Notes: a model not told the origin generated them from the letters alone. 64,000 nt of DNA from an uncultured Prevotellaceae bacterium (GCA_947169245.1 CAMVPA010000011.1:4241-68240); one strand, 5' to 3'. Numbered from the stretch's first letter, positions 1 through 11,301 are shown. Numbers and translations are program-made.

Positions 1-918
1 GCTCGTACGCAGAGTGTTGTGCTCATCAACGATGCAGAGTGGGGCTTGTTCTCCGACGGCGACTTCACCCTCTCACAGGGTCAGTGCTACAAGATTAAGA
101 TGACGACTTCCACCAGCACTGAGCTTACCTACGGCTACTTCGATGGCGACGACCATAACATCGACCTCTTTAATGGTTGGACATGGGTAGGCTCACCGTA
201 CGTCTACGACCGTCAGCTGACGAATGCCCTTCCGATGACCGGTGCAACGCTGGCCAATGAGACACGTATCGTCTCGAAGACAGGTGGTTCTGCCGTATGG
301 GATGCCGCCAACCATAAATGGACTGGCAATCTGACAAAGATTGAGAAGAACCAGGGTTATCTGGTCTATAGCCCGACAGCCGGTCAGACACTGTCCTTCG
401 CTGCCGAGGAAGACATGGCACAGGGTGACGAGAGCGTGGCCGGTGCCCGTAGTGCCCGTGCCAGCGTGTGGAGCTATGATGCCTCACAGTTTGCCAACAA
501 CATGTCGATGATTGCTGAGATGAAGGACGTTGCCGACCTCGACAACTACACCGTGGGTGCCTTTGTCAATGGTGAGTGCCGTGGTGAGGGTGTCGCCGTC
601 GATGGCCGACTCTTCATCACCGTTCATGGCAACAGCGGCGAGCAGGTGACCTTCCGTCTGCACAATGAGCTGACGGGCGAGTACTTCGACGTGCCTGAGA
701 CGGTGACGAGCCAGCAGATGCTCGGTACGCTGGGTGCACCGGTACGTCTGACAGCTCCCGCCGTCATCACCGGCATCAACGAAGCCATCGTGTCCGACCG
801 TTCTGCCGCCGGCTCCAGCACCTCCGAGGTTTACGACCTGATGGGCCGTCAGAACCCGAATGCCAAACTGACCATCCGACGCATGGCCGACGGCAAGATG
901 CACAAGGTGGTGAAGTAA
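1..918 (+). CDS. C-terminal part of a large secreted surface protein with Prevotella-type (T9SS-like) C-terminal sorting tail; 5' truncated by window
   Basis: Frame is open from base 1 (ARTQSVVLIN...). Ends ITGINE...VYDLMGRQ...KMHKVVK, a CTD-like tail. Contains a 'NNMSMIAE...VGAFVNGECRG' beta-sandwich module. Confidence 0.7.
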   Translation, partial: ARTQSVVLINDAEWGLFSDGDFTLSQGQCYKIKMTTSTSTELTYGYFDGDDHNIDLFNGWTWVGSPYVYDRQLTNALPMTGATLANETRIVSKTGGSAVWDAANHKWTGNLTKIEKNQGYLVYSPTAGQTLSFAAEEDMAQGDESVAGARSARASVWSYDASQFANNMSMIAEMKDVADLDNYTVGAFVNGECRGEGVAVDGRLFITVHGNSGEQVTFRLHNELTGEYFDVPETVTSQQMLGTLGAPVRLTAPAVITGINEAIVSDRSAAGSSTSEVYDLMGRQNPNAKLTIRRMADGKMHKVVK

Positions 919-930
919 CCCCGTTTCCCC

Positions 931-1016
931 AGTTCCCTAGGGCCCCGGCGGTTAGTCACCGTGCCCGGCGGTTTTCCGCCGGGTATAGCGGCCTTCCGCC
1001 GGGGTCATAGGGAACT
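931..1016. repeat. Nested palindromic intergenic element
   Basis: Outer arms agttccctagggccccggcgg / ccgccggggtcatagggaact enclose the inner hairpin tgcccggcgg-tttt-ccgccgggta. Confidence 0.8.
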
Positions 1017-1033
1017 TTCCAAAACAAACAATT

Positions 1034-2791
1034 ATGATGAGCAGACAATCATTTCGCGCGTACCTTATATGTAGTATATTGCTGCTATGTCCCTTAGGTG
1101 TAGGGGCACAGTCGCTAACGCTCGGACAGAACACCATATCGAGCATCGCCCAAAGCGACCCGCTCATCATCTCCGGTGCCATAGGCACCCAGAACACCTT
1201 CTACAACTCCTCGATGGGCAACGGATACCGCTCACCGTGGGCTAACACGTTGAGTGCTAACCTTAACATCTCGGTCTACGGCATCTCAATGCCCTTTGCT
1301 TTCTATTATTCCAACAACAACTCCTCGTTCTCCTTCCCACATTTCTCGTTCCATATCGACCCCACCTACAAGAACTGGCGCGGACACTTCGGACGCTCCT
1401 CGATGTCGATGGGTTCCTACATCATGAACATGTCGTTCAACGGCGTCGGCCTGGAGTACACCAGCCAGAAGATGCACTTCGGAGCCTTCTATGGTGAGCT
1501 GCGCAACGCCATCAACGACGACCCCACATCGCCCACGGCCCGTCAGCCGCAGTACCGCCGCTTGGGTTGGGGATTCAAAGCCGGCTACGGCTCGGGTCGC
1601 AACTATCTGGACCTCTATCTGCTGCGTGCCTACGACCGTCTGAACTCTATCGACGAGCGCTGGCACGACCGCATCAACCCACAGGAGAACGTAGCCATCG
1701 GCCTGAGGGGCGGACTGGGCGTTACCAAGTGGTTCTCGCTGCGCGGTAACCTGGGCTTCTCAGCCTTCAGCCATGACTTCCGTGCCGAGCGCATCCCCAG
1801 CGAGACCCTCGACAAGTGGAGCAAAATCTTCGAGGCCCGCTACTCGTCGCTTATGCGTATTGCCGGCGACGTCAGTGCCAACCTGAGCCTGAAACATTTC
1901 AATACCTCTATCTTCTACCGCATGGTGCAGCCCGACTACACCACGCTCGGACTCTATTACACGTCCAACAACTACCAGTCGTTAGGCATCAATGCCTCGA
2001 CTACCCTGTTTAGGAAACTCGCTCTTTCGGGTAGCTTCTCCGGTCAGGAGGACAACATCACCCGAAACCAATTATATACCACCCGTGGCTTCGTCTACTC
2101 AGCCAATGCCACGATGCCCGTCACCAAGCAGTTGCAGATGACCCTCGGCTATAGTGGCTACCGTCAGGTGCAGAGCGACGGCACCGCACATATCAACGAC
2201 AGCATCCGCATCGACCGTGTCATGAACACCGTATTCCTCACTCCCACCTATACCATCGAGGGTGAGCGCCGCGACCATGTGTTCTCGCTGTCGTTCAACT
2301 ATTCTGAGAATAAAGACCTGAACCGCTATGTCACAGGCACGAGCGACGTGACGACGCTGGCCGCCGGACTGAGCTACAATCTGGGACTGAAGGATCTTGA
2401 GATGGATGTCAACACCTCGCTGTCGCACCAGCAGAGTAAGGGCTACAGCACCACCTATACCAGCGATGTGCTCTCCGTGGGCACGGGCCGCGCTTTCCTG
2501 AAAGAGAAGAACCTCAACGTCTCGGGCTCTCTGTCGCTGTGCTATAACAACATCGAGCACCAGCAGCGCATGCTCTCCATGGGCGCCGACATGTCGGCAG
2601 GCTACACCCTGAAGGAGCATGTCTTCTCGCTCTCGGCCAACTTCAACAAGTATAGCGACGTGAACCTGAGCGCCGATCGCTCCAGTTTTGGCGCTTCCGA
2701 GTTTACGGTCTCTGTGGGCTACACCTACACCTTCTCACTGCTTGAGATCAAACGCAAGGCTGAGAAGGGAAAAGGGAAAAGTGAAGAGTGA
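1034..2791 (+). CDS. Outer-membrane beta-barrel protein
   Basis: Signal peptide (GAQ cleavage), long run of amphipathic beta-strands, C-terminal strand VGYTYTF. Confidence 0.75.
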   Translation: MMSRQSFRAYLICSILLLCPLGVGAQSLTLGQNTISSIAQSDPLIISGAIGTQNTFYNSSMGNGYRSPWANTLSANLNISVYGISMPFAFYYSNNNSSFSFPHFSFHIDPTYKNWRGHFGRSSMSMGSYIMNMSFNGVGLEYTSQKMHFGAFYGELRNAINDDPTSPTARQPQYRRLGWGFKAGYGSGRNYLDLYLLRAYDRLNSIDERWHDRINPQENVAIGLRGGLGVTKWFSLRGNLGFSAFSHDFRAERIPSETLDKWSKIFEARYSSLMRIAGDVSANLSLKHFNTSIFYRMVQPDYTTLGLYYTSNNYQSLGINASTTLFRKLALSGSFSGQEDNITRNQLYTTRGFVYSANATMPVTKQLQMTLGYSGYRQVQSDGTAHINDSIRIDRVMNTVFLTPTYTIEGERRDHVFSLSFNYSENKDLNRYVTGTSDVTTLAAGLSYNLGLKDLEMDVNTSLSHQQSKGYSTTYTSDVLSVGTGRAFLKEKNLNVSGSLSLCYNNIEHQQRMLSMGADMSAGYTLKEHVFSLSANFNKYSDVNLSADRSSFGASEFTVSVGYTYTFSLLEIKRKAEKGKGKSEE

Positions 2792-2823
2792 AGAATTAGT
2801 TTGAAACGATATAATCGCCATAT

Positions 2824-5800
2824 ATGATGACTGAATTGACAATAAGCAAGATGCAGCACAACAATATTCGCCGGATCATGTCTCTGGTAACATTATTTGT
2901 TATCCACTGTTCACTGTTCCTGAGCCACGCCGTGGCACAGGAAGTCACCATCAACGTGCAACCCGTGCAGCAGATACTGCCGCCGCAGGTCGGACAGTAC
3001 GTCGACAATCCCGGCAAATTCTTCACCATACGTCTGACCAACAACACCGACGAGCAGCAGCAGTTGCACTTGGGCCTGCAGATTGAGAAGCGCATGCCCG
3101 AGGACGTGCTGATGGTGCAGACACGCTACGGACACATCCCTCGCATCCCCATCACGCTGGCACCCAACCAGGTGAAGACGCTGAACCCCGTGGAGATGAA
3201 GCAGCTCTTCACCCACTACACCCTGGAGGACATCTACATCAGGGACGGCATGTACCAGAACTACAAGAACGGCATCTTCGGACTGATGCCCGAAGGTCAG
3301 TACGAGCTGTTCCTTACTGCCTATAAGTGGGATCCCGAACTGATCAGCCCCGTCACGCTGAGCGACCCGAGGGGTGGCAACACGCTCTTCACCGTGTGCT
3401 ACCAGGCACAGCCGCCACGCTTCCTGACGCCCATACAGAACGCGATGCCCGACGACCCGCTGAGCGATTATGCCGTGACGACGGTCGACCGCCAGAACGC
3501 CATCTTCACATGGACGCCACCCTCACTCAACTGCAATGCCAAGCAGGTCACCTACCGCTATAACGCACGCATTGTCAGGCTCAACGCCCTGGCTCCCGAC
3601 GAAGCCATCGAGCGCAACCCCGTGGTCTATGAGCGCAACATGCTCACCGTGCCGCAGCTCACCATCCCCGAGGCATATATCCGCCAGATGTTGGCCGGCG
3701 AGGCTACAAGCGATATCTTTGCCCTTCAGGTGACGGCCACCACGACGGCCCAAAGCGAGAACTCGATCAACTACACCATCATCACGAACGACGGTAAGAG
3801 CCCCGTCTACCTGTTCCGTCTGCACGACAGCAACCATGTGGTTGTCGAAGAGCCTGAGGAACCTGAGGAAGAAGGTGGAAATGACGAAGAGGACGATGCT
3901 TATTCTCTGAATCTTGATAAGGAGGATTCCGATCCCTATAAGAACGACTCCCTCTATGTCTTCGAGCAGCCCCTGCTCACCGAGCCCAGCTTCAAGAACG
4001 ACCCCATGGGCCGCAAGATCTACTTCGGCGACGACATCAAGGCCGAGTGGCGCAAGGCATGGTTCGTCGGCGGCCGTGGCGAGGGTCAGGACACCATCAA
4101 GTTCGAGTACACCCTGCAGCTCTTCGTCGGCAACTCCGCCGACACACCGAAGGGTATCTTCGCCGGCAAGCCCATCTTTGAGCATAAGACCAAGGAGCTG
4201 AAGGACACCATCAAGTGGGACAAGTTCAAGGAGAAAGTCGCCGCCGGCGACTACATGATGCTGCGCGTCACCGCCAAGGCGACCAACGAGAAGAGCGTCC
4301 GCATGCTGGCCGACTCGCTCAACTACATCGACTTCGCCATGACGATGCACTACGAAGACAACTTCGCCTGCGGCGTCAGTACGGCCGATGTCGATAATAA
4401 GGAGCTCATCACCAAGCTGCCGCCCAAGGGCACCAACCTGCAGATCAACTCCTGGTACCTGACGCTCAATGATGACTGTAAGCTCGACGAAGACGAACAT
4501 ACTGTCAGCGGCACGGGCTGGATAGCCTGGAACCCCATGGGCACTGGCAGCATCTTGAACTGTCGTGTTGCCGTGAAGTTCGACAAGCTGAAGATCAACA
4601 CCGACAACGTGGTCTTCGACGGCAAGTGCCAGACTTACGCCAAGAGCAGCGTCAAGAAAGACGGCTACTCGGCCGAACAGGTCGTCGACAGCATCTTCTC
4701 ACAGACCGGCCTCGACAACATCTGGGGCAACCTCTCGCTGCCGCAGAGCGTCAAGGACAAGGTCTCGAAATATGCCAAGGACGAAGCCTACGACGTGGCC
4801 AAGGCCTATAAGCTCGGCGAGTACTACGGCTACCTGAAGACCATCCAGAACAAGTGGGACAACATCAAGCAGGGCAACCTCATCGACCTCTACTTCCCCG
4901 TCGAGCTGCCCGAGCAGATCTCCAGCAAGCTGCCCAAGGACTTCAGCGTCCAGATTGCCAGCATGCAGTTCACACCGAAGTCGGCGGTGATGAACCTCAT
5001 CGCCATGATAGCCCTGCCCAACAGCAACGTCATCAAGGACAACGACGTGCTGGTCTTCGGCTGTCCGCGACTTTGTATCTCGCCCGACAATATCCTGCCC
5101 GAGGACGGTGTGCTGGCCCTGTTGAGCAACTTCAAGATACAAGACCCGAGCAGCGACTTCTCGCTGACCTTCGTGGCACCCTCCGAACCCCTGAACCCCG
5201 AACCTAACGACGGCTGTTTCATCCGTTGGGAGAACAATGAGTTTGGCGGCCTGGGTCTGGAGTTCACGGCTACCATACCTAACACGAAGCGCGTGGTCAA
5301 CGGTAAGGTGCAGAAGGATCTGCCCGCGCTGCTCGACCTCCGCACCGTCATCCGCGGCAACGACAGCGCCGGCGACTTCATCGCCTACGGTTCGCTGACA
5401 CCGTTCCAGGTGAGCGACCTGCCCGACTGGACGTTCAACATCGGTGAGCAGATTATCTTCGACCACAACCTCAGTGAGAACGGTAAGGGTATGCCGACCC
5501 TCGCCGAGATTAAGAAGTGGGCTGGCGATACCTACGACCCCAAGCAGTGCGGCAGCTACGTGCAGACGGACTGGAACGCCTGGCAGGGTGTCTACATCAA
5601 GGAGCTGAGCGTCGGCTTCCCGAAGTTCGCCGTTTTCGGCTCTGGCGACAAGGGCGTCACTGTGGGTGTGCAGAACATGATCATCGACGGTTCGGGCGTC
5701 ACCTGCCGCGTGTTCGGCAAGGACATCCTCGATGCCCAGACGGGTAAGTGCGGCGGTTGGAAGTTTACCATTGACGAGGCTACCGTCGACATTGTGCAGA

Positions 5801-8800
5801 ACAACTTCGATAAGTGCGAAATCAAGGGTGGCTTCGGCGTACCGCTGTTCGGCAAGAAGGTGAACGACACGGCTCAGACCGGTTCTGGCGGCAATAACAA
5901 TAATAATAAGAAGAAAGGCGAGGAGACCGATGTCACCTACTCCTGTCAGATACGTCACCTGACCGACCCGAAGACCAAGGAGACCTATTACACCTACGAC
6001 AAGAACGGCAAGAAGATAGAGCATACTCGCTATACCTATGGCGACAAGAACAAGTATGCCTATATCTTCAAGAGTGAGACGGTCGACGACCTCTACATGA
6101 ACTGCTTCATCGCCGACCTGAAGATAACCAAGGAGCAGACATACTTTGTGGTGGCTGCCCAGGATCAGGACGACGGCAAGGTGAAGACCGATGTCGAGCT
6201 GCGCATGGCAGGCGACATCACCATTGCCGACCAGCTGTCGAAGAACAAGACGCTACAGGACATCGCGAAGAAGCTGCCCATGAAAGTGTCGATGCCGGGC
6301 ATCCACTTCGCCAAGTTGCGCCTGAGCAACTTCAAATACGCCAACCGCAACAGTTCGCTCGTCTATAAGTACGCCAAGGATAAGGTCGATGATGCCGACG
6401 CTGCTGAGAAGGAATGGGCGCAGACCAACCATGTCCTGATGACCCTGGCCAAGAGCAAGGAACTGGAGATAAGCAAGGACAAGTGTTATCTGGACCTCGG
6501 CGAGTGGTCGCTTGCTTCGGTAAAGAAGAAGCTTGGCCCGTTCTCGTTCGAGCTGACCAGCTATAAGTTCGGCTACGAATCGAAGAAACTGTCGCTCGAC
6601 GTCGAGGGTAAGATAGGCTTCTGTGGCGACAAGGTGACTGCTGGAGCCGGTCTCGCCATCTCCAGCGACCTGACGACACCCAGCGACATGACCGACATCG
6701 GTGGCTACAAGCTCTCGAACGGTAAGCTGGAGTTTAAGAGCGTCACGCTGAACTGCGACTTCGCCAGTGTGCTGAAACTGAACGGACGCCTCGACGTAGT
6801 CAAGGACTCGACCGACACCAGCGGCAACAAGGTGAGCGGCTACAAGGGCAACATCGACTGCGAGATCAAGGGTCTCTTCAGTGTGAAATGTGATGGCGGC
6901 TACTTCAGCGTGAAGGCTACGACCACTGCCGAGAAAAACCAGGTCAAGGCCGACGCCAAGGAAGAGGGTGTCGAGGAGTATGCCAACGACAATACCTACT
7001 CCTACGGCTACTTCATGGTCGAGATCAAGAGCAATGCCGGTATCCGCATCGACCCGCTCGTCATCAACCGCATAGCCGGCGGCTTCTATTTCAACTGCCG
7101 ACCCAAGTGGAATTCGTCAAAGAAGAGCTTCGACAAGCCTATTGCTGCCTATGGTTGCATCGGTGTATCGCTCGGCATGGGCTTCACCACCTCGGCCGGT
7201 GAAGAGACGCTGAGTGCCAATGTCGACCTGAATGTCATCTATAAGAAGAATACCAACGGCAAGGGAGGTAAGCTGACCACCTTCCTCTTCAAGGGCGACG
7301 TCAAGGCTGTCAGCGGCATGATTGATGCTAAGATGACGCTGCTCTACCAGAACGACGACAAGGACCGCTTCCTGTCGCTCGACATCACCGTGACGGCAGG
7401 CTTGGAGAACGGCACCATGGGTAGCCTGATGAAGGCCGCCAACAGTGAGCTGGCTGCTGTCCAGGAACAAATGAAAACGTTCCAGACCAGTATAGCTAAA
7501 GAAGTCAAAAACTTCGTACCTGACACGAATGGCGGCTTGCAGAAAGCCCTGGACGATGATGGCGACCACGACAAGTCGACGAAGAGCGAGAACACTGGCG
7601 ATCTCAAAAAAGATGCCAAGAAGAAAGCCGAAGATTCGGAAAAGAAGAGGGTAACAACAGTGAACCTGCCCTTCCAGCTCAAGATAACGTGGAAGGAGAA
7701 CGGCAGCACGAAGTCGCCTGTACGCTGGCACCTCTACCTCGGTGAGCCCGAGAAGAGCAAGCGCTGCCGAATTACACTGATTGACTACAAGTCGAAGATT
7801 GTCAATGTAAGCATTGGTGCTGACGCTTACCTCTGCATCGGTAACGAGCTGCCCGGCAATGGTAAGCTGCCCGATATCCCTCAGGAGATTACCGAATTCC
7901 TGACCCCGAATGGTGTCGACACGGGTGCCGATATGGCGAAGGCACAGCGCTCGCGTAACAATGCCTGCAAGGCCATGTTGGGTACCGACGTGAAGGGTGG
8001 TCTTATGGTGGGTGCCTCGGCCTGGGGCTTCATCGACATCGACCTCGGCTTGTTCTACGGCGGTCTGAAGGCCATTGCAGGCTTCGACATGGCTCTGGTG
8101 AACTATGGCGATGCTGCCTACTGCGTGAACCTGCAGCGCTCGATGGGTAAGAACGGCTGGTATGCCACCGGTCAGTTCTACGCCTACCTGGCAGCCAAGT
8201 TCGGTCTGCACATCAAGCTCGGTAAGCTCATCGACAGGAAGATTAATATCGTCGATGCCGGTATCGGTGGTGTGTTCCAGGCAGGTCTGCCCAGTCCGAC
8301 GTGGGTTGACGGCCGTGCCAAGGTGCAGTTGAAGCTGCTCAACGGTTTGGTGAACATCAAGAAGTCGTTCCACTTCGAGTGCGGCGACTACTGCGAGGCA
8401 TTCGTGGGCAATGCGCTCGACGGCTTCTCACTGTTCGGCGACTGTACTATTGCTACCGATAGCCTGAGTGAAGGCTGGGACAAGGATAATGCCATCCTGG
8501 CACGCGACGGTTCAAAGTGTATCATCAACACTGAGGCCTCGCTCAACAGCCAGTACCGACTGGTTGACCCGTCGACGCAGAAGAATCTGGCCGACGACAC
8601 GGGTTACGATGCCGAGACGCTGAGGATGCAGGCTGCACGCACCTATATCTTCGACTTCGACAAGGATTATAACTACCAGAACGGCTCCTACAAGGGCCTG
8701 AAGGGTGCCCGACTCATTGAGTTTACCGAGGAAGGCAAGGCGGTCTTCGACTTCATGGGAGGATATGTTAAGAATATCTTCGAGAACTTGCTCACCTCGT

Positions 8801-11301
8801 GCTTCGAGACCAGTATCATCATGAAAGACAGGAGCCTGAACTCCAAGAAGGTGAAGGACGACGAATTGAATATGGTCTATGAGGAACTGATGACGACGTT
8901 AGGAACCTTACCCTCAGGCCAATCCACCGAACTGCCCGTCACCATACGCGAGTCGCAGGGTACGCGCTATCATCTGAGCATGACGCTGAAGCCCAACCGC
9001 TACTATATGCTGATTCTCTCCGGTCGAGGCTACGAGGTAGAGGGCGGCCAGCGCTACTGGATTGATATTACCGAGAAGAACTCCAAGGGTAAGATGGAGA
9101 CCACCCACAGACAGTGGATACAGCACAAGTTCTTCTACTTCTGTACCAAGTCAACGGAGACGATTCCCTCCATGCCTATCGACCTGAAGCCCTACGTTGC
9201 ACTGGCCTATCCTTCCGGCGACGACATGGCACTGTTCAACAGCAAGGAGGATGGTGCTTGTGCCTACGACGGCGACCTGTCGGTTCCTACCATCGCCCTG
9301 AACACCGACATCAGTAAGAAGGCCTATCAGAACGGTAATCTGTTCTGGGAGCTGCGCGACCGGTTGAAAGGTTCTACATCTTGGGACCACACGCAAACGC
9401 GCGACAATAAATACTTCTTCAATAACAATAATGCCTGTATCAACATGGAGCCAGTATCTCCATTCACAGTCCACAAGAACAGCAAGGCCTCCAGCAAATT
9501 CTCGATGCAGTACAACCTGCGACTGGGCTACCGGTACAAGACGACGTCGCAGTGTCCGCCCATCTTGGATGCTAACTCCACCAACGAGGACACGTGGGCT
9601 GTCTACAGGCGCTTTATTCTCTACTGGGGCTATCGGAATAAGTTCGATACTTGGAGAAAAAACAATGGCTATTCGTCCGACACATACAACCTTGACGGTG
9701 TGAAGACCAATGGCCAGTGCGTCTCGATGATTAATATTGCTAAGAGGTGGATTAATTCCGAGACCAATACGGTAAAGACCAGGTGGAATACCTTCAAGAC
9801 GAAGACCATCCAGTCGCTGACCTGTCAGAAGGATACGACGATGTACTTGGCCGATCTCTGGTTCACTGGTACCGAATCTAAGAGCTGGCGTAAAGGCAGC
9901 AAGCCATCTAATGGCAAGGACTATGCTTACTATACCCCGTTGCCCTACGAGAAACCGTTCCTGGGTGTCAGACCCTCTTCGGCACCGCAGTACACGTACG
10001 ATGCCACCTATACAAAAGCAAAGAATCAGCGTGCCAACTGGCTCGACGAGACCGTCTGCTTCTGGGGGGCTGACAAGGCTACGTCCTCATCGCCATGGGT
10101 GGCTACGGAGTTCAGACGCACCGACGATCCTTACTTCTACATGGCCTACCTGTCGAACTGGGTATTCCTGGCTGGTCTGCAGCTGAAGAAGTACGACTTC
10201 GACGACGTGCCGGTGAAGCATGCCACCGAGACGCTCACCTTTGGGTTCAATGGTGTAGAGGTGCAGGGTAGCGCCCTCATCAGCGGCTTGGAGGGTAAGG
10301 TGCTCGACATTCGAAACAAGATGTACAAGGCGTGGAACGACTGGTACTATAATGACTCCTATCAGCCCAGGTATCCGCTACCCTCGGGCGACGGTCCAAT
10401 GTTCGACCTGACTGTAGCCAATCAGGACGGCAAGACCAACTTGGTGCTGCGTGGTTACGACAAGAAGTACCCGGACTATCCCTACTCATACGGCTTGATC
10501 AACTTCATCACGAGATTCGCTGCTCCTTACTACATAGCCAGCGAACTCGATGACAAGATGTATGATATAGCCACAACGCTCTATAACTATTATTCTAATA
10601 ATCGTAAGAATAAGGGAAAGAGCGACGGTTCGCTGAACGATAACGCCAACAAGGCTATCAATGCTGACATCCTGAAGTGGAACCAGCTGCACCGCGGACA
10701 GTACCTCACCATCTCGAGCCGAGGTTTCTCGGTCAAGGTGCCCTACTACCAGTTCCCGCTCATCTTCGGCGACTGCTTCGGTAGCGGAACCAAGGGTGAT
10801 CCCATGTTCAATAACAAGGGTGTCGACCGCAAGAGCCGTAGCTTCAGCTATAGTGTGGCCAGTGGTAAATTCGATGACATCAGATGGGCAACGGAAGCCT
10901 CCAACCTTCTCTTCTTCCGTTTGAAGGGCGGCTATCCTTGGGCTTATTATACCAACGATGCCTATGTCTATAAGAATATGTCTAATGGCTATAAGTATGT
11001 CAGTCGCGATGCTTTCTCTGCACCCAATTCGCTCCAGAAGTGTACTTCGTTGCCTCTGGAAGTCTACCGTGTCGACACGTATAACATCAACGACGGCCAG
11101 TACTATTATAGCATACAAGGCGCAGCCTACCGTGGCGATTACACGAATGATTTCAAGAAAATATCCATCGACCCGTTGAAGGACAGCGGAAGCAGCGTGA
11201 AGGGTAATGCTTATACGTGGGTTACCAAGACGGGAATAGGCAAACCCACAGTGAACGTCAATGACACTAAGGTGGACAAGAGTTTCGATAAAGACAAGTA
11301 G
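2824..11301 (+). CDS. Giant (2825 aa) secreted protein with TANFOR-like N-terminal domain
   Basis: Signal peptide ending AVAQ; N-terminus QEVTINVQPVQQILPPQ...GLMPEGQYELFLTAY resembles the TANFOR domain (recalled, not searched); long beta-rich body. True start may be the Met at MQHNN or later. Confidence 0.65.
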   Translation: MMTELTISKMQHNNIRRIMSLVTLFVIHCSLFLSHAVAQEVTINVQPVQQILPPQVGQYVDNPGKFFTIRLTNNTDEQQQLHLGLQIEKRMPEDVLMVQTRYGHIPRIPITLAPNQVKTLNPVEMKQLFTHYTLEDIYIRDGMYQNYKNGIFGLMPEGQYELFLTAYKWDPELISPVTLSDPRGGNTLFTVCYQAQPPRFLTPIQNAMPDDPLSDYAVTTVDRQNAIFTWTPPSLNCNAKQVTYRYNARIVRLNALAPDEAIERNPVVYERNMLTVPQLTIPEAYIRQMLAGEATSDIFALQVTATTTAQSENSINYTIITNDGKSPVYLFRLHDSNHVVVEEPEEPEEEGGNDEEDDAYSLNLDKEDSDPYKNDSLYVFEQPLLTEPSFKNDPMGRKIYFGDDIKAEWRKAWFVGGRGEGQDTIKFEYTLQLFVGNSADTPKGIFAGKPIFEHKTKELKDTIKWDKFKEKVAAGDYMMLRVTAKATNEKSVRMLADSLNYIDFAMTMHYEDNFACGVSTADVDNKELITKLPPKGTNLQINSWYLTLNDDCKLDEDEHTVSGTGWIAWNPMGTGSILNCRVAVKFDKLKINTDNVVFDGKCQTYAKSSVKKDGYSAEQVVDSIFSQTGLDNIWGNLSLPQSVKDKVSKYAKDEAYDVAKAYKLGEYYGYLKTIQNKWDNIKQGNLIDLYFPVELPEQISSKLPKDFSVQIASMQFTPKSAVMNLIAMIALPNSNVIKDNDVLVFGCPRLCISPDNILPEDGVLALLSNFKIQDPSSDFSLTFVAPSEPLNPEPNDGCFIRWENNEFGGLGLEFTATIPNTKRVVNGKVQKDLPALLDLRTVIRGNDSAGDFIAYGSLTPFQVSDLPDWTFNIGEQIIFDHNLSENGKGMPTLAEIKKWAGDTYDPKQCGSYVQTDWNAWQGVYIKELSVGFPKFAVFGSGDKGVTVGVQNMIIDGSGVTCRVFGKDILDAQTGKCGGWKFTIDEATVDIVQNNFDKCEIKGGFGVPLFGKKVNDTAQTGSGGNNNNNKKKGEETDVTYSCQIRHLTDPKTKETYYTYDKNGKKIEHTRYTYGDKNKYAYIFKSETVDDLYMNCFIADLKITKEQTYFVVAAQDQDDGKVKTDVELRMAGDITIADQLSKNKTLQDIAKKLPMKVSMPGIHFAKLRLSNFKYANRNSSLVYKYAKDKVDDADAAEKEWAQTNHVLMTLAKSKELEISKDKCYLDLGEWSLASVKKKLGPFSFELTSYKFGYESKKLSLDVEGKIGFCGDKVTAGAGLAISSDLTTPSDMTDIGGYKLSNGKLEFKSVTLNCDFASVLKLNGRLDVVKDSTDTSGNKVSGYKGNIDCEIKGLFSVKCDGGYFSVKATTTAEKNQVKADAKEEGVEEYANDNTYSYGYFMVEIKSNAGIRIDPLVINRIAGGFYFNCRPKWNSSKKSFDKPIAAYGCIGVSLGMGFTTSAGEETLSANVDLNVIYKKNTNGKGGKLTTFLFKGDVKAVSGMIDAKMTLLYQNDDKDRFLSLDITVTAGLENGTMGSLMKAANSELAAVQEQMKTFQTSIAKEVKNFVPDTNGGLQKALDDDGDHDKSTKSENTGDLKKDAKKKAEDSEKKRVTTVNLPFQLKITWKENGSTKSPVRWHLYLGEPEKSKRCRITLIDYKSKIVNVSIGADAYLCIGNELPGNGKLPDIPQEITEFLTPNGVDTGADMAKAQRSRNNACKAMLGTDVKGGLMVGASAWGFIDIDLGLFYGGLKAIAGFDMALVNYGDAAYCVNLQRSMGKNGWYATGQFYAYLAAKFGLHIKLGKLIDRKINIVDAGIGGVFQAGLPSPTWVDGRAKVQLKLLNGLVNIKKSFHFECGDYCEAFVGNALDGFSLFGDCTIATDSLSEGWDKDNAILARDGSKCIINTEASLNSQYRLVDPSTQKNLADDTGYDAETLRMQAARTYIFDFDKDYNYQNGSYKGLKGARLIEFTEEGKAVFDFMGGYVKNIFENLLTSCFETSIIMKDRSLNSKKVKDDELNMVYEELMTTLGTLPSGQSTELPVTIRESQGTRYHLSMTLKPNRYYMLILSGRGYEVEGGQRYWIDITEKNSKGKMETTHRQWIQHKFFYFCTKSTETIPSMPIDLKPYVALAYPSGDDMALFNSKEDGACAYDGDLSVPTIALNTDISKKAYQNGNLFWELRDRLKGSTSWDHTQTRDNKYFFNNNNACINMEPVSPFTVHKNSKASSKFSMQYNLRLGYRYKTTSQCPPILDANSTNEDTWAVYRRFILYWGYRNKFDTWRKNNGYSSDTYNLDGVKTNGQCVSMINIAKRWINSETNTVKTRWNTFKTKTIQSLTCQKDTTMYLADLWFTGTESKSWRKGSKPSNGKDYAYYTPLPYEKPFLGVRPSSAPQYTYDATYTKAKNQRANWLDETVCFWGADKATSSSPWVATEFRRTDDPYFYMAYLSNWVFLAGLQLKKYDFDDVPVKHATETLTFGFNGVEVQGSALISGLEGKVLDIRNKMYKAWNDWYYNDSYQPRYPLPSGDGPMFDLTVANQDGKTNLVLRGYDKKYPDYPYSYGLINFITRFAAPYYIASELDDKMYDIATTLYNYYSNNRKNKGKSDGSLNDNANKAINADILKWNQLHRGQYLTISSRGFSVKVPYYQFPLIFGDCFGSGTKGDPMFNNKGVDRKSRSFSYSVASGKFDDIRWATEASNLLFFRLKGGYPWAYYTNDAYVYKNMSNGYKYVSRDAFSAPNSLQKCTSLPLEVYRVDTYNINDGQYYYSIQGAAYRGDYTNDFKKISIDPLKDSGSSVKGNAYTWVTKTGIGKPTVNVNDTKVDKSFDKDK

